Source of the DNA: Chrysomallon squamiferum
Taxonomy: Eukaryota > Animalia > Mollusca
Assembly (NCBI GenBank): GCA_012295275.1
Contig: CM022665.1
Coordinates: 46,748,001-46,812,000, forward strand
DNA: 64,000 bases
Direction of reading: 5' to 3'
This document shows, piece by piece, positions 1-15,287 of the stretch; the stretch's first letter is position 1, and every line of letters begins with the position of its first letter. The notes under the pieces are model-generated. The model did not search any database. It was not told where the DNA came from and saw only the letters and a list, made by a program, of their open reading frames with translations. A program made the translations under genes and the position numbers.

Positions 1-2541
1 CAACTCAATCCACACAACCACACACAGAAAAAAAATAACAATTTACTTAAGTCTTGCATTATAAGCATTTAATGATATCTCTTTTCACACCCGAGCTCCC
101 TTCTTTGATCTTCGCCGAGATCGTTAAGGTAAACTTGCAGGTTAGGTTAGGAGTCAGCGAGAACAGGTAGACCCGGATTTCCTACCTGATGTGACAATAA
201 GCGAACTGTTCCTCGTACACAATTGACAATAGACAGGTTAACGATGCACGTGACCAGGTGTAGTAACTTTTACACACCTTGCTGTCATAGGTGGGTGTGT
301 GTGTGTGTGTGGAGGGGGGTTTCACCTGACCGCTCGGTCGGGTCACTTTACAAGTTTGATAGGTCAGTCTGACAAGTATCTCACAAAATCGCTGGGCTGT
401 GAAATAAAATTATTGTCTGTAAGAATCGGTGAAGTGTGAAAATCAAAAGGGGAAGGAAAATTGGCGGATGTCGGTGATCATTTTGTTAAGTGTGACTGTG
501 TTAAATGGAATTACATAGAATATAACACGAGATTAAACAGAGATCAGTTTTTAAATTAAATAATCTCAATCTTTATGGCATAATGTGCCTTCTAAATTGG
601 TTAACCTTTGTTCCTTTCATTTATTTATTTATTTATTAGTGTTTATTTCGGGGGTGTCATTTTGTGTTTTTTTTGCTTTTTAAATTTATTTTTAAATTCA
701 TTTTTAATTTTTTTTCAGAGTATTATTATTTCCGGTTTTAATTCATGATGAATAAGAAAGAGGGAAATGTTTATTTATATATTTTAATTTTTTTTATATC
801 ATTTGAAATATATTTTTATTTTTTTTATTATTATTTTTTTTTTATATTAATTATTAGTTTTAAATACAAAATGTTAATCAGTTTTCTAAATCTTAATTAT
901 CTTAGAAATATAATTTTCTTTCTTTTTCTTTTAAATATTATTTATTAATTTTAAATACAAAATGTTAAACAATTTTTTAAATCTGAAATATTTTAGACTT
1001 TATAAAATAGCTCTTTTTTTAAATTTTGTTTTTAATATTAGTTAATTTTCATTTATTTAAATTTATTTATTTATTTATTTATTATTATTATTTTATTATT
1101 ATTATTATTAAATTATTATAATAAAATTATTTTAAAAAAAAAACATTGTGTCACTAAGTTCACTTGTTTTTTTTTTTCTCTGTTGTCAAACTTCTGCACG
1201 CTATCAAAGTCACCAGGTCATGTGATGTCAAGATAATGAATAATGGAGATTTAAAAAAAAAGAAGAAGAAAAGAACACAACTCCTTAAAGTCAGGTTATA
1301 ACAATAGTGTACACTGTTTTACATCAAACAAGCTTACTGACAGGAAATGACGTATAGTCATGCCTTGATTTTGCAACACTGTAAAAATTGTTATTACAAA
1401 GATTTATTTTCATGTATTTATATACTTTAAGAAAAAAAAAAAACGGGAGGGGGGAAAACCCTATTGAACTGATACACATTGTAATACACTGTTTTACATC
1501 AAAGTGGTTACCGAGGGGATGACGTATGAGTCATGTGTTGATTTTATAACACTGTGAAATTGTTATTACTGTGTTTTATTTTTATTTATTAAAACTACTG
1601 AACTGGGTTGTGAAAGTCGTACAGATTAAAACAACGTTTGTGCACTGATTTTTGTGTGAAGACTGCAATAAAAGGTCGTTTAATATTTTATTTTGCTTAT
1701 CTGTGAATGCGTTTATTGTCTTTTTGTGTGTGTATGTATTTATGTATATGTGCACATATGTACGTATGTGTGTGTGTAAGTATATGTGTACATATGTGTA
1801 TGTATGTATGTATTCTGTTTTGAATATATATCAGTAAAATTTCATTTAATGTTTGACAAAATCTAAATAAATAATAATAATAATAATAATAATACTATTA
1901 CTACTACTACTAATAATAATAATAATAATGATACTTCTACTACTATTACTATTACTACTACTACTACTACTACTACTTCTAATAATAAATTATATTTCCC
2001 AGACCTCACTGTTTAAATAGAAATAAAGTGGCTAATCCACAGAACAAAGGAACAATGTGTAAATGTTTGTTTTTTTCATTGGTTATAGGTTTGTTTGTAA
2101 CCTGAATCCACTGCTAAACGTTTTGAACCGAATAATCTGTCATTTCAAACTTCTCTTTCCAAGCTTTTATTAATCTTTCATGGATGTTGATATATCCCTG
2201 TACAGCTTGGGTTTTGCCATCCTTGAAATATTCATAACAAAAATCACTTTTGTATTTTTTTTTTTAAAGTGGACTTTGTGAATACGTTTTGTGTATTGTG
2301 AGAGAAAAAGAGAAAAAAATTAAAAAGACAAAAGAACAAGTGATTAATAGTTTTGCTTTGTGATTTTAGATATAATTTTTATTTATTTATTTTTTGTTTT
2401 TTTTTGGCACGTTTAAATTCTGTGTGGTCATTTAGTCATGTTTTGTTATTGTGTGTGTGTGTTGAGTTGTAGAAAGTAGAAGTGAAAAATAAAAAGTGGT
2501 AAAAGTTATTTTAAATATATAGATGTGTCTGAATGAGTGGG

Positions 2542-2573
<32 letters not shown>

Positions 2574-3812
2574 TGAGTTGTAGAAAGTAGAAGTGAAAAA
2601 TAAAAAGTGGTAAAAGTTATTTTAAATATATAGATGTGTCTGAATGAGTGGGGTGTGTCCGTGTATGTGGGTGTGTGTGTGTTTTCTCATAGAATGTGAA
2701 GCTGAAAATGTATTAGTAATTTTTATGTGCACACATAGACACAAACACACACTAATAAACACACAAACAAATACACACAGACATACACACACACAGACTG
2801 AGAGTGTTAGAGATCTGTCACAACTTTCAAACTTTATGCGATAATTTTCATAAATAATTAATATATCTTACAACACACGTACACACACACATACATACAC
2901 ATTTATATATATATATATATACATACATACATACATAGAAACACTTACACACATACAGACATACACACAAACACACACATGCACATACAAAAACAAGCAC
3001 ACAAATACACACACACACACACACACACACACTTTGTCTTGCACTTTGTACAATAAAGCAGTAGTTACAAATGGATATAAGATTTCATAAAAACATAGAC
3101 TGAGTTTCAATATAAATCTTATTAACATTATTAAACAAAAAACTTTGTCTCAGATTTCATCCTTTTGTAAACCCACACACATGAAAAAAAAAAAAAAAAA
3201 AAAAAATGACCCCGAAACAATTAAGAAAGAAAAAAAAAGAGAACAGTTTAAAAAAAAAAAAGAACAATTAAAGAAAAAAAAAAAAAGAACAATTAAAAAA
3301 AAATAAAAAAGAAGAAAAAAGAATGACACCAACTTACTCAGATATTCAAAAAGCATTAATGTTAAAATATGTAAAGAAGTCATCAAACAGAAATACTGAT
3401 TGTCAGTGATATCAGTATCACAGTCATCAGATACATTGCTTTACATATCATCTTTGAATCTGATGTTAATTTATTCTTCTTTTTTTTTTTTTTTACTCTT
3501 CTTTTAAATATTAAGTTACAGATTTTTTTTCTTTCTTTCTTTCTTTCTTTCTTTTTTTTTCATTATACCTCTGAATTTCTGATCTAAAAAAAAAAATAAT
3601 AATAATTAAAAAAATAAAAATAAAAGGTTCTCAGAATTTCATTTTTTGCATTATTTTTTTTTTTCTGTTTTTGTCCTGAATTGTATTTATTTAATTTAAT
3701 TTTATTTTATTTTATTTTTTGTCATTTATATTTGTACCTGCTTTTATTAAAATACATTATACAGATATTCATACATTGGTACATATGTATGTACGTACAT
3801 TCATTCATGCAT

Positions 3813-3863
<51 letters not shown>

Positions 3864-4202
3864 ATACATACATGTATATAATACATCCATAATGCATCTG
3901 TATATCATGCCTACTTACATACATACATACATACTTATGTACATGTATACATACATAATTCATTCATATAAACTACATATTTTACACACACACACACTTA
4001 TATTTTTTTTTAAACTTTCTTCTTCTTTATTACTTTCGTCATCTTTGCCTCCACCATATATTACGCTCACACACAGTACATATATAATATATTTAACTCT
4101 TTATTTTCAAATCTGATTCACTTCTGACAGAGGACCTCTACAATATTCACAGAAGCCAGGATCATAGCTCTCAATCCGTTATACCAAGTTTTCATACACC
4201 AG

Positions 4203-4246
<44 letters not shown>

Positions 4247-4441
4247 TTGTTGAGTCAAGGTAGAACAAAGTGAAGAGAGATGAGTCAACATTCACCTGTA
4301 GGTCCAGGTGGACTGATTGCAGGTAACATAGTGTTTGTTACTTAACGACGTTGAAACGCCTGTGTTGAGTCACTGACCTCTTTGAAAGGTCTGAAAGTGA
4401 AAGTGATTGAGAATAGTTGTGTGTGTGTGTGTGTGTGTGTA

Positions 4442-4483
<42 letters not shown>

Positions 4484-5098
4484 TGTCTGTGTGTGTGTGT
4501 GTGTGTGAGTGCGTGCATGTGTGTACTTAAGAATAATTATGTATGTATGAGTTATTAACATAATAGTTATACATACATATACACAATACACACATACTCA
4601 CACATACACACGCAGACAAATTAAAATTATTAAACAATAATTTAAATATTACATTATTTATGTAAAAATATATTTTTGATGCATACTCACTATATTTTAT
4701 ACTCAGTTTATTTTACATTAATTACATAAAGCAATAACAAATTTTAATACACAATAAATATATCAGTAATGTTTAAATGTTCACTCATTATAGTTTTACA
4801 TTAATTACACAAAATCTCACACTGACAGTATAAAACTGAAATGTTTACGCTTGGTATAATTTATATTACATTAATTACATAAAGCAATAACGTAAGATTT
4901 AATACACACTAAATATATCAGTAATATGTTTAAACATTCATTCATTATATTTCACATTAATTACATAAAACAATAACATAAGTTTTAATGCACACTAAAT
5001 ACATCGGTAATATGTTTAAACATTCACTCATTATAGTTTCACATTAATTACACAAAATATCATGCTGACAGTATAAAACTGAAATGTTCATGCTCTCA

Positions 5099-5132
<34 letters not shown>

Positions 5133-5382
5133 ATGTGTCTGTCTGTGTGTGTGTGTCTGTGTGTGTGTGCATGCATGTGTGTGTACGTGCGTGTGTGTGT
5201 GTGTGAGTGTGTGTGCGTGTGTGTGTTATAGCAGAACAAAGCCACAGGTAAAAGAGTCACACTATTGATTTCTGACAGATCGCCGGCAGTTTTGTTGTTT
5301 GTCCCGAATCTTTGAGATGAGATCTGAGGAAGTCGAAGGCAAACATTGCCATAGTGTGTGTGACATGTTTTACCTGGATCTG

Positions 5383-5720
<338 letters not shown>

Positions 5721-5987
5721 GGTGTCTGTGCGTGTTTCAAGCTGTGCTGTGGGTTTTTACAGTTGTCTTTGTTCTTACAAATATGAAGTGTTTTGTTCTC
5801 CTGGTCAACTCCTGTTGTGTGTGAAGAATTTATTTGGTTTTATATGTGTGTGTGTGTTTATGACTTTGGTAAAAGTTTTCATCATCGTTGTCGTCATCAT
5901 CATCATCATCTTTTTCTTCATCTTATTATTATTTTTTTTTTTTTATTTTTTTTTTTTTTTCTATTATTTTTTTTATTATTATTTTTT

Positions 5988-6026
<39 letters not shown>

Positions 6027-6042
6027 TTTATTTTTATTTTTA

Positions 6043-6059
<17 letters not shown>

Positions 6060-6073
<14 letters not shown>

Positions 6074-6294
6074 TTATTATATTTTTATTTATTTATATAT
6101 ATTTATTTTATTTTTTTTTTATTTGTTTGTTTGTTTGTTTATTCATATTCATTAATTTCTTCATCTATTCGTCCATTTGGAAACTGGTCATTGGTCCCTT
6201 CATCCGTCCTTCCATCAAATATGTACATATGTCTGTCAGTCATAACATGCATGTAAAATACAAAATACTGAACCATGTGTATACATATCCATTT

Positions 6295-6333
<39 letters not shown>

Positions 6334-6490
6334 ACACACACACAGAGAACACACACACACACACAGAGCCACACACACACACACACACAGGCACACACTC
6401 TAACTCTAATCCATAAAAAAAATAAAGAATAATAAAAAAATTAATGATACATGTGAAAGTCACTATTCTTATTCTCAATTCAGACAAAAA

Positions 6491-6541
<51 letters not shown>

Positions 6542-7391
6542 TAAAAAAAAAAAATTTTCTTTTCTTTCTTACACTTAAATTGTTTTTTTTTTTTTTTTTT
6601 TCACTTGTGTTATTTTTTAGACAACCCCGATAAACTTAATACAAAAATAAACAATTCTTTCCTTTTTAACCCTTGTTATCTCGGTTTCAACCTTTTTTTT
6701 ATCTCAGTACTCTTTTTTTGCTTGTTTACATTTCATTTTATCAGTTTTCTGTTTGTTTTTTTAAATTTTTACAGATTTGTTAAATGTTTACTGATATGTC
6801 TTACAGATGTGAAATCATACTGGTTTCACTCCTTGTTTGTTTTTCATTTTTCAGATGTTTTTATCTTATTTTTGTTAATTTTGTTCAGTTTTTTCTGCTT
6901 GTATTTGTTTCATTTATTTGTTGGTTTTGTTGGTTTGCTGTTGTTGTTATTTATTGTTATTATTATTATTACTATTATTATTTTTCTATTATTATTTTTA
7001 ATATTTATCATTATTAATTTTATTGTTACTGTTTTCATTATTATTATTATCATTATTTTTATTTTTATTATTTATTTTTTTTATTATTTTTTTTATTATT
7101 ATTATTTATTTTTTTTTTTTTTTATTATTTTTATTTTATTTTTATTTTTATTTTTTTTTATTTTTATTTATTTATTATATTTTTATTTATTTATATATAT
7201 TTATTTTTATTTTTTTATTTGTTTGTTTGTTTGTTTATTCATATTCATTAATTTCTTCATCTATTGCGTCCATTTGGAAACTGGTCATTGGTCCCTTCAT
7301 CCGTCCTTCCATCAAATATGTACATATGTCTGTCAGTCATAACATGCATGTAAAATACAAAATACTGAACCATGTGTATACATATCCATTT

Positions 7392-7429
<38 letters not shown>

Positions 7430-7584
7430 ACACACACACAGAGACACACACACACAGAGCCACACACACACACACACACAGGCACACACTCTAACTCTAA
7501 TCCATAAAAAAATAAAGAATAATAAAAAATTAATGATACATGTGAAAGTCACTATTCTTATTCTCAATTCAGACAAAAATAAAC

Positions 7585-7626
<42 letters not shown>

Positions 7627-8155
7627 TTTTAAGAAAAAATTTCTCTTTTCTTTCTTACACTTAAATTGTTTCGTTTTTTTTTTTTTTTTTTTTTTTTCAC
7701 TTGTGTTACTTTTTAGACAACCCCGATAAACTTAATACAAAAATAAACAATTCTTTCCTTTTTAACCCTTGTTATCTCGGTTTCAACCTTTTTTTTATCT
7801 CAGTACTCTTTTTTTGCTTGTTTACATTTCATTTTATCAGTTTTCTGTTTGTTTTTTTTAAATTTTTACAGATTTGTTAAATGTTTACTGATATGTCTTA
7901 CAGATGTGAAATCATACTGGTTTCACTCCTTGTTTGTTTTTCATTTTTCAGATGTTTTTATCTTATTTTTGTTAATTTTGTTCAGTTTTCTGCTTGTATT
8001 TGTTTCATTTATTTGTTGGTTTTGTTGGTTTGCTGTTGTTGTTATTTATTGTTATTATTATTATTACTATTATTATTTTTCTATTATTATTTTTAATATT
8101 TATCATTATTAATTTTATTGTTACTGTTTTCATTATTATTATTATCATTATTTTT
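6060..8155. repeat. Tandem duplication, unit about 1.1 kb, two copies
   Basis: Unique segments recur about 1095 bp apart (e.g. catttggaaactggtcattggtccc near 6174 and 7271; agacaaccccgataaac near 6619 and 7715). Confidence 0.92.
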
Positions 8156-8202
8156 TTTATTATTATTATTTTTTTCTTTCTTTCTTTCTTCTTCTTCTTC
8201 TT

Positions 8203-8233
<31 letters not shown>

Positions 8234-8487
8234 TTATTATTATTATTATAATAATTTATTTATAATCTACCATAGTACAGAACACACACAAAATGTTAAT
8301 CTGTTTTGTTTTTATGCTATTTATTTAATATTTATTATTATTATTATTATTAGAATAATTCATTTATACTTTACCATAGTACAGAACACACACAAAATGT
8401 TAATCTCTTTTGTTTTTATGCTATTTATTTAATATTTATTATTATTATTATTTTCAGATTCATAATGTGGTGTTTTCATTTGAACTG

Positions 8488-8539
8488 ATGCGAGACGCTG
8501 GATTACCTAAAAACAAGGCCAGGTTACCTAGACCCGAAG
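8488..8539 (+). CDS. Candidate upstream coding exon segment (MRDAGLPKNKARLPRPE); exon 8458-8539
   Basis: ttttcag acceptor at 8456-8457, AAG|GTAAAG donor; phase 1 joins in frame to the exon at 15542. Confidence 0.4.
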
Positions 8540-8700
8540 GTAAAGTGAACACTTAAATAAAAACTTGTGCAATATTTTAGCTTCACAGTTACTTACAACA
8601 GTTGCTTGGCTACAGCGGACTACAGGATCAAATCCTGTTTGCTGCATTTGTTAGGCTATTATTTTCTGTTCAGGCTAGCATGATATCACTGTATGTAGTC

Positions 8701-8731
<31 letters not shown>

Positions 8732-9559
8732 TCCAGTTTGTGGGTAGGTAAATAAAAAATAAAAATCACCTGCTGTTGAATGATAATACCAAGATATTCC
8801 TGTTTGTGAGTAGGTAAATAAAAAATAAAAATTACTTGCTGTTGAATGATAATACCAAGATACTCCACAGTGTATGTAGAAACCTAATATCAAATATTCT
8901 GTAACTGTATGTGGGAAAGAGTGAATGAAGAAACATGATATGTTCATTAAGAGATGTGATCCCAGAACCCGTCACTTCTTGGACGAGATTTCCGTCACTG
9001 ACATGAGGACAAATCTTAAATAAGTAAACACGTGACCTCCAATTTCAAGTATTTTAAAGCTGTACATGGAGTTTGTAAGTGGAATGATGTATACAATCCT
9101 CTTATCACTTGATGTAGTGTCACATCATAAACAAAAGGTAAAATATACAGCTTCCTTATTCAGACATTCTAACGCTATATATGTGGAATTAGTAAATGGA
9201 ATAATATGATGTGTACATTATTGAGATTTGATCCTAGAATCCAGTCGTTCCTTAGAATCACTTCACAGTCACATCAGAAAAAGAAAAAGTGAACATACAG
9301 CCTCCTAATTCAAAACATTCTAAAGCTGAATATGGAATGAATAAATGGAAAAAAAAAAAATATAAAGTGTATGTTACTGAGATTTGATCTTGGATCCCAT
9401 CACTTTGTAAACAATTCTTCTATTCACTGGCATACAGAGGAGACGTCGTAAAAATACAACCTCCAAATTCAAGAATTCACTATGGATTGAGTAAAAATGG
9501 AATATCATGAAGCATACATTAACGAGATTTGATCCTAGATTCCTATCATTCCATAAGCA

Positions 9560-9855
9560 GGCCCTTTGCCACAAACCTCTGTATTGAAAGAGCAAACGAA
9601 GAACACACTAACAAGATTTGATCCCAGAACACAGCACTCTGCAACCAAATCCTCTACCACAGACCTCTGTATTGAAAGAGCAAACGAAGAACACACTGAC
9701 AAGATTTGATCCCAGAACACAGCACTCCGCAACCAAATCCTCTACCACAGACCTCTGTATTGAAAGAGCAAATGAAGAACACACTGACAAGATTTGATCC
9801 TAGAACACAGCACTCCGCAAGAAAATCCTCTACCACAGACCTCTGTATTGAAAAA
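9560..9855. repeat. 88-bp minisatellite, about 3.3 copies, preceded by degenerate ~150-bp units from about 8950
   Basis: aagatttgatcc recurs at 9613, 9701 and 9789; related gagatttgatc motifs near 8951, 9222, 9379 and 9524. Confidence 0.88.
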
Positions 9856-10275
9856 GTAAATTATGTGGACACTATCAGGATTTGATCTGGGGACCTACTG
9901 CTCCACAAAGCAGGCCCTGAACTGCTTCCAGATGTTAAATGTACATTGTACAAGATCATGTTTCCTTACAGAGAGAGAAAGTCAACAGAGTCAGTGTCAT
10001 CAATTAACAGAGTTAACTCAAGTTCAGTGTTTGCTGAGATAATTGGGTTTGTTGTGTCCCCTGTTTGCCTGGCTAATTGTGTTGATTTACCTGTTGTAAT
10101 CACCTGGCTCTCTCCACTTTGATGTTTACCTGTAACACACCTTAACACACGCTCTGTGTGTGTATTTTTAGATTGTCTTTCTCCAAAGATTTGTGAAATT
10201 TTGTAAAAAAAAAATATATAATTGTTGTGTTTTTTAGGTTTGAGTTTTGATTGCTGTTGTGTAATTATAATAATG

Positions 10276-10340
<65 letters not shown>

Positions 10341-10744
10341 GCTACTAGTACTACTACTACTGCATCTACTTCTAAATAATGATGATGATGATGATGAAGA
10401 TATTTATATTACTACTACTATTATTGCAACTACTAATAAATAATAATAAATAATAATAAATATAACAATCTTCCACAGTATTGTTTCCACTACTACTACT
10501 ACCACAACTACTATTACTACTACTACTACTTCTACTATTACCATTATGCTATTACTAACCAGTACTATTGCTATTATTACTACCACCATAGCTTCAGTTA
10601 CCACTGCTACTACTACTACTATTATACAACTACAGCTAAATTTACTACTACTACAACAACAACAAGTAGTACTGCTTTTACTGCTACAACCATTGTTACC
10701 ACTGCTACAACTCCTGGTCTAATAATACTCGACTATTAGTATTA

Positions 10745-10831
10745 TGACTTCTACTACTACTACTACTACTGCTACTACTACTGCTACTACTACTGCTACT
10801 GCTTCTACTACTACTACTACTACTGCTACTG

Positions 10832-10866
<35 letters not shown>

Positions 10867-10987
10867 GCTACTACTACTACAACTACTATTACTACTACTA
10901 CTGCTACTACTACAACTGCTACTACTACTACTGCTATTACTACTACTAATACAACTGCTACTGCTACTGCTACTACTACAACTACTG

Positions 10988-11028
<41 letters not shown>

Positions 11029-11068
11029 GCTGCTACTACTACATCTACTGCTACTACTACTACTACTA
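10745..11068. repeat. (ACT/GCT)n trinucleotide microsatellite
   Basis: Direct read; source of the poly-Thr ORF. Confidence 0.92.
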
Positions 11069-11749
11069 ATATATTGCTGTCACCATTCCCACCACCATTA
11101 ACAATGCTGCTACTAAAATCATTTAAGCATCATTAAGCAATATTTCAACATCTTGAATCTTTATGAGATTCAATTTGCGCTGACCCATTAATTCACTGTA
11201 GTGATTTCCCAGGGGGCCTGACCCTGCCACTGAGAGCTGCCACGCCCTCAAGGTGTTTAATGACTGAATTAAACAGGCCTGTTTTATACATTAGTGTTTT
11301 TATTTTTATTTTTTGTTGCGGTTTTAGTTTCATTTCTTTCTTTGACTCAGTCAGGCTTTTAATGACTTCTGTTTGAGTCTGTAACTGATACACAGTTAAA
11401 TGCTTTTTTTTTTTTTTTTTTTTTTCTCTTTTTCTATATTTAGTCTTTATTTTGTTTTTGTTTTTTTTCTTAAAATATAATTTAAAATTGTTATTTTAAT
11501 GTAGTAGTCTTTTTTCTATTTCGTTTTTTTCTTCTAATTTTTGTTTGATTGATTGTTTTATTTTATTTTATTTGTTTACTTGTTTAATTTAATTTTTTGT
11601 TATTTATTTTTTGTTTATTTTTGGGTTTATTTTTTTTTTTTTTTTAATTTTTTATTTAGTTATTTATTTTCACTATTTTATTTATTTATTTATTTATTTA
11701 TTTTTATTTAGGACTTTATTTAGTTATTTTCATTATTTTCATTATCTAT

Positions 11750-11788
<39 letters not shown>

Positions 11789-12009
11789 GTTAGTTAGTTA
11801 GTTACTATTACTTCAATGATCACTGATAAATAATAAAGAAAGTAAATAATTAATTAAAACTGTACCATACCAACACTAGGTGATAAAGTTATGTATTGCT
11901 ATATATATAAAGTATATTGATACACCCTGACACATACACACACACACACACACACACATTACATTTATATTATTATAATTCTTTATCTAAGTCTGATCAT
12001 TATGAACTA

Positions 12010-12160
12010 CATTAATTTCCCATTTATCACAGTCACATTCAGGATAGCACATACCAGAGAGTTTCGTAAACCAGTTACAAAGTACGTAGTAACGAAACTA
12101 GCCAGGTTTGATCCTGGAACCTGTCACACTCTACGTAGAGTGGTTTAACCACCAGGCTAA
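12010..12160 (-). mobile_element. Decayed tRNA-derived SINE-like dispersed repeat
   Basis: Reverse complement of 12108-12124 is identical to 38176-38192 (acaggttccaggatcaa); tggttaaa head motif and tggtatgtgct core shared with other copies in the window. Confidence 0.5.
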
Positions 12161-12319
12161 ACGTCGCTGCTGATGTGAGACCCAAGCGTAGTTGTGTGGG
12201 CGATGAGGAAGAGACAGTTTATCTTAGGCTTGAGTGAGAAGCTGGATTAATCCTAATCCAAACAGAGAGATAATCCCTGATTTTTGTTGACTCTGCTGAA
12301 AGACATACAGGGGGAGTAG

Positions 12320-12778
<459 letters not shown>

Positions 12779-13174
12779 GAGTGTTGTTGACCAGGCAGTA
12801 ACAAGCCACTGACTGTTTTCGGGGCTCTGAGAAAACAAACACAAGCCGATGTGCCGAGTTCTTTCCAGTGTTTTTCCAGTGTGTTTCTCGCAAACAGCTC
12901 AAAGTTTGCTCCCAAAACATTCGATTCTTTTCATGTGCCTCCTTCTCGGCTCTCTCCCAGTCTCTCTCTCTCGCACACACACAAACACATTTCACCAGAA
13001 CCTGGCAGACTCGCCAGGAATTTCAAAACTCTCTCTGCCGGTGCCATTCCTGTGTGGAAACTATGGGTAACCGGCATACCCCGCAGTCTTTGATCCTCCC
13101 TCCCTCCCTCCACTGCCACCACTGTCTCCCCCCCACACCTCCAACACACACACATACTGGCCAGTTTAATTTGT

Positions 13175-13239
<65 letters not shown>

Positions 13240-13474
13240 GTCTGCCTGTTTTTTGTTTGTGTGCAAGTCTCCACCACCACCAAGTGGTAAAACCTTCACA
13301 GACGAAAAAAAAAAAATCCCTCCTCTCCCCCCTCCCTCCATTTGCACCTGTTGTCATGGAAACCAGACGGTGTGTGCTGAGATTATGGTGGACATGTGTA
13401 GGCTTCTGAGCATTTTGTGTCTGTTGTGGAAAAGAAAAAACAAAACAAAACAAGAAAATCACAGTCTATTCTTT

Positions 13475-13516
<42 letters not shown>

Positions 13517-13633
13517 TGTGATTCATTTGTTGACTTGTTACAGTCAGTTTTAAGTTTGCCATTTTGTTCTCTGATTTTGGCTTTCTGTAAGTTAAAAACC
13601 TTCATACTTAAATAATTTCAGTTTCTCTTTCAT

Positions 13634-13668
<35 letters not shown>

Positions 13669-14443
13669 CTCTATTCAGCCTCATTACTTCTTTCTTATTG
13701 CACAATTAGAAAAAAAGATACATGTTTGGATGAATTATTTGTATTAAAACTGATAAAAAAGTTAAAATTGGTACATTCATAAATAATTTATTACAGAGAA
13801 TGTGTAAAAACACAAAATGTAAATTTTGAAAAATTTCGGAGTGTTTATAACTTTGAGTTTAATTATTAAAAAATAAAAGTAAAAATAAAAAAAATAATAA
13901 TAATAAAATAAAAATTAAAAAAATTAAAATATGCTGCAGTCTATTCCAAGAATTTAAAATGTTAAACACAAAAAATGAGTGAAATAAATTTTAAATAATA
14001 ATAATAATAATAGTAATAATAGTAATGATGATGATAATAATAAATATAATGGCTAAGATCATACAAAATGAAATCAATATGTCATCTATACAGATTGCAG
14101 GATTTTTAAAAAAAACATTTAAAAAAATTTAATGTCATGTGCCATCATGAATAATTAAAAACTGAAATCTTTTATTTTCAAAACATTTTAATCTTTCAAC
14201 AGATACAGAAAATATCTTTATTCATTTTTCACCACAGATAAAAAAAAAATAAAAATAATAAAAATAATAAGAAAAGGTTTTGTTTAAATGTTATTTCATT
14301 CATCTAATAAACATTTTTTTTTTTTAATTTTTTATTGAAATTTGAAATTTAGCTCGGTAATCTGTTTGTCTTTGAACTTTCCAGCACTGGGCTTTGATCC
14401 CAAAACCATCTGCTCATTATTCCTAACACCCAGATTTTCATAA

Positions 14444-14565
<122 letters not shown>

Positions 14566-14750
14566 TAAAATCTAATTATTAAGAACTATTTCCCTCACTT
14601 TACGAGTTCACTCTCCAGTTATTTATTTATTTATTTATTTCGTGGAATCCCAGAAGAAGAATTCGGACGAATCGCCTCCCCGAAATGAGACAATCAAGTA
14701 ACACAAGCGTCGTTGCCACGGAAACAACAACAATTCTCTTTTTCTTTTGT

Positions 14751-14786
<36 letters not shown>

Positions 14787-15250
14787 TTCGACTGAAATTA
14801 GTTCCGGCTGGATTCTTTCATGAGAAACATGTTACGACATTTCTCCAGAGTGTTTGTCAGAAATCAGATTCTTCAGTTGTTACAGAACGATGGATGGATG
14901 GACAGATGTATGGATGTACAGATGTCTGACATGATTTTGGGTTTTTTGTGGTGCTTGCTATGTTTTTTGTGGAACGTTTCAGTGATAGTTTGTTTGACGT
15001 AATGAAATCATATACTTGGGGGTGTTTTGTTTTTTTTCCCGTTCTAGCTAAGACTTGCATCATCATGTGTGTTTTTTCACGTTCTAGCCAAGGTTTAAAA
15101 AGTGGAAAGTAACTGTTTTGTCTGTTGGTGCTTTCTTATGTACCCAGACACATACATAATAATGATAATAATAAATAAAATAATAATGGAATAATGATTA
15201 TAATTAAAAGCAGTAGTAGTACTAATAACTGTACAATAATAATAATAATA

Positions 15251-15287
<37 letters not shown>

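Noticed and set aside
9560-9855. 88-bp periodic repeat as a CRISPR-like or coding repeat
   Set aside because: The whole unit is repeated with no unique spacers; ORFs shift frame each unit
10744-11136. Poly-Thr mucin-like ORF
   Set aside because: (ACT)n microsatellite without convincing splice context or signal peptide
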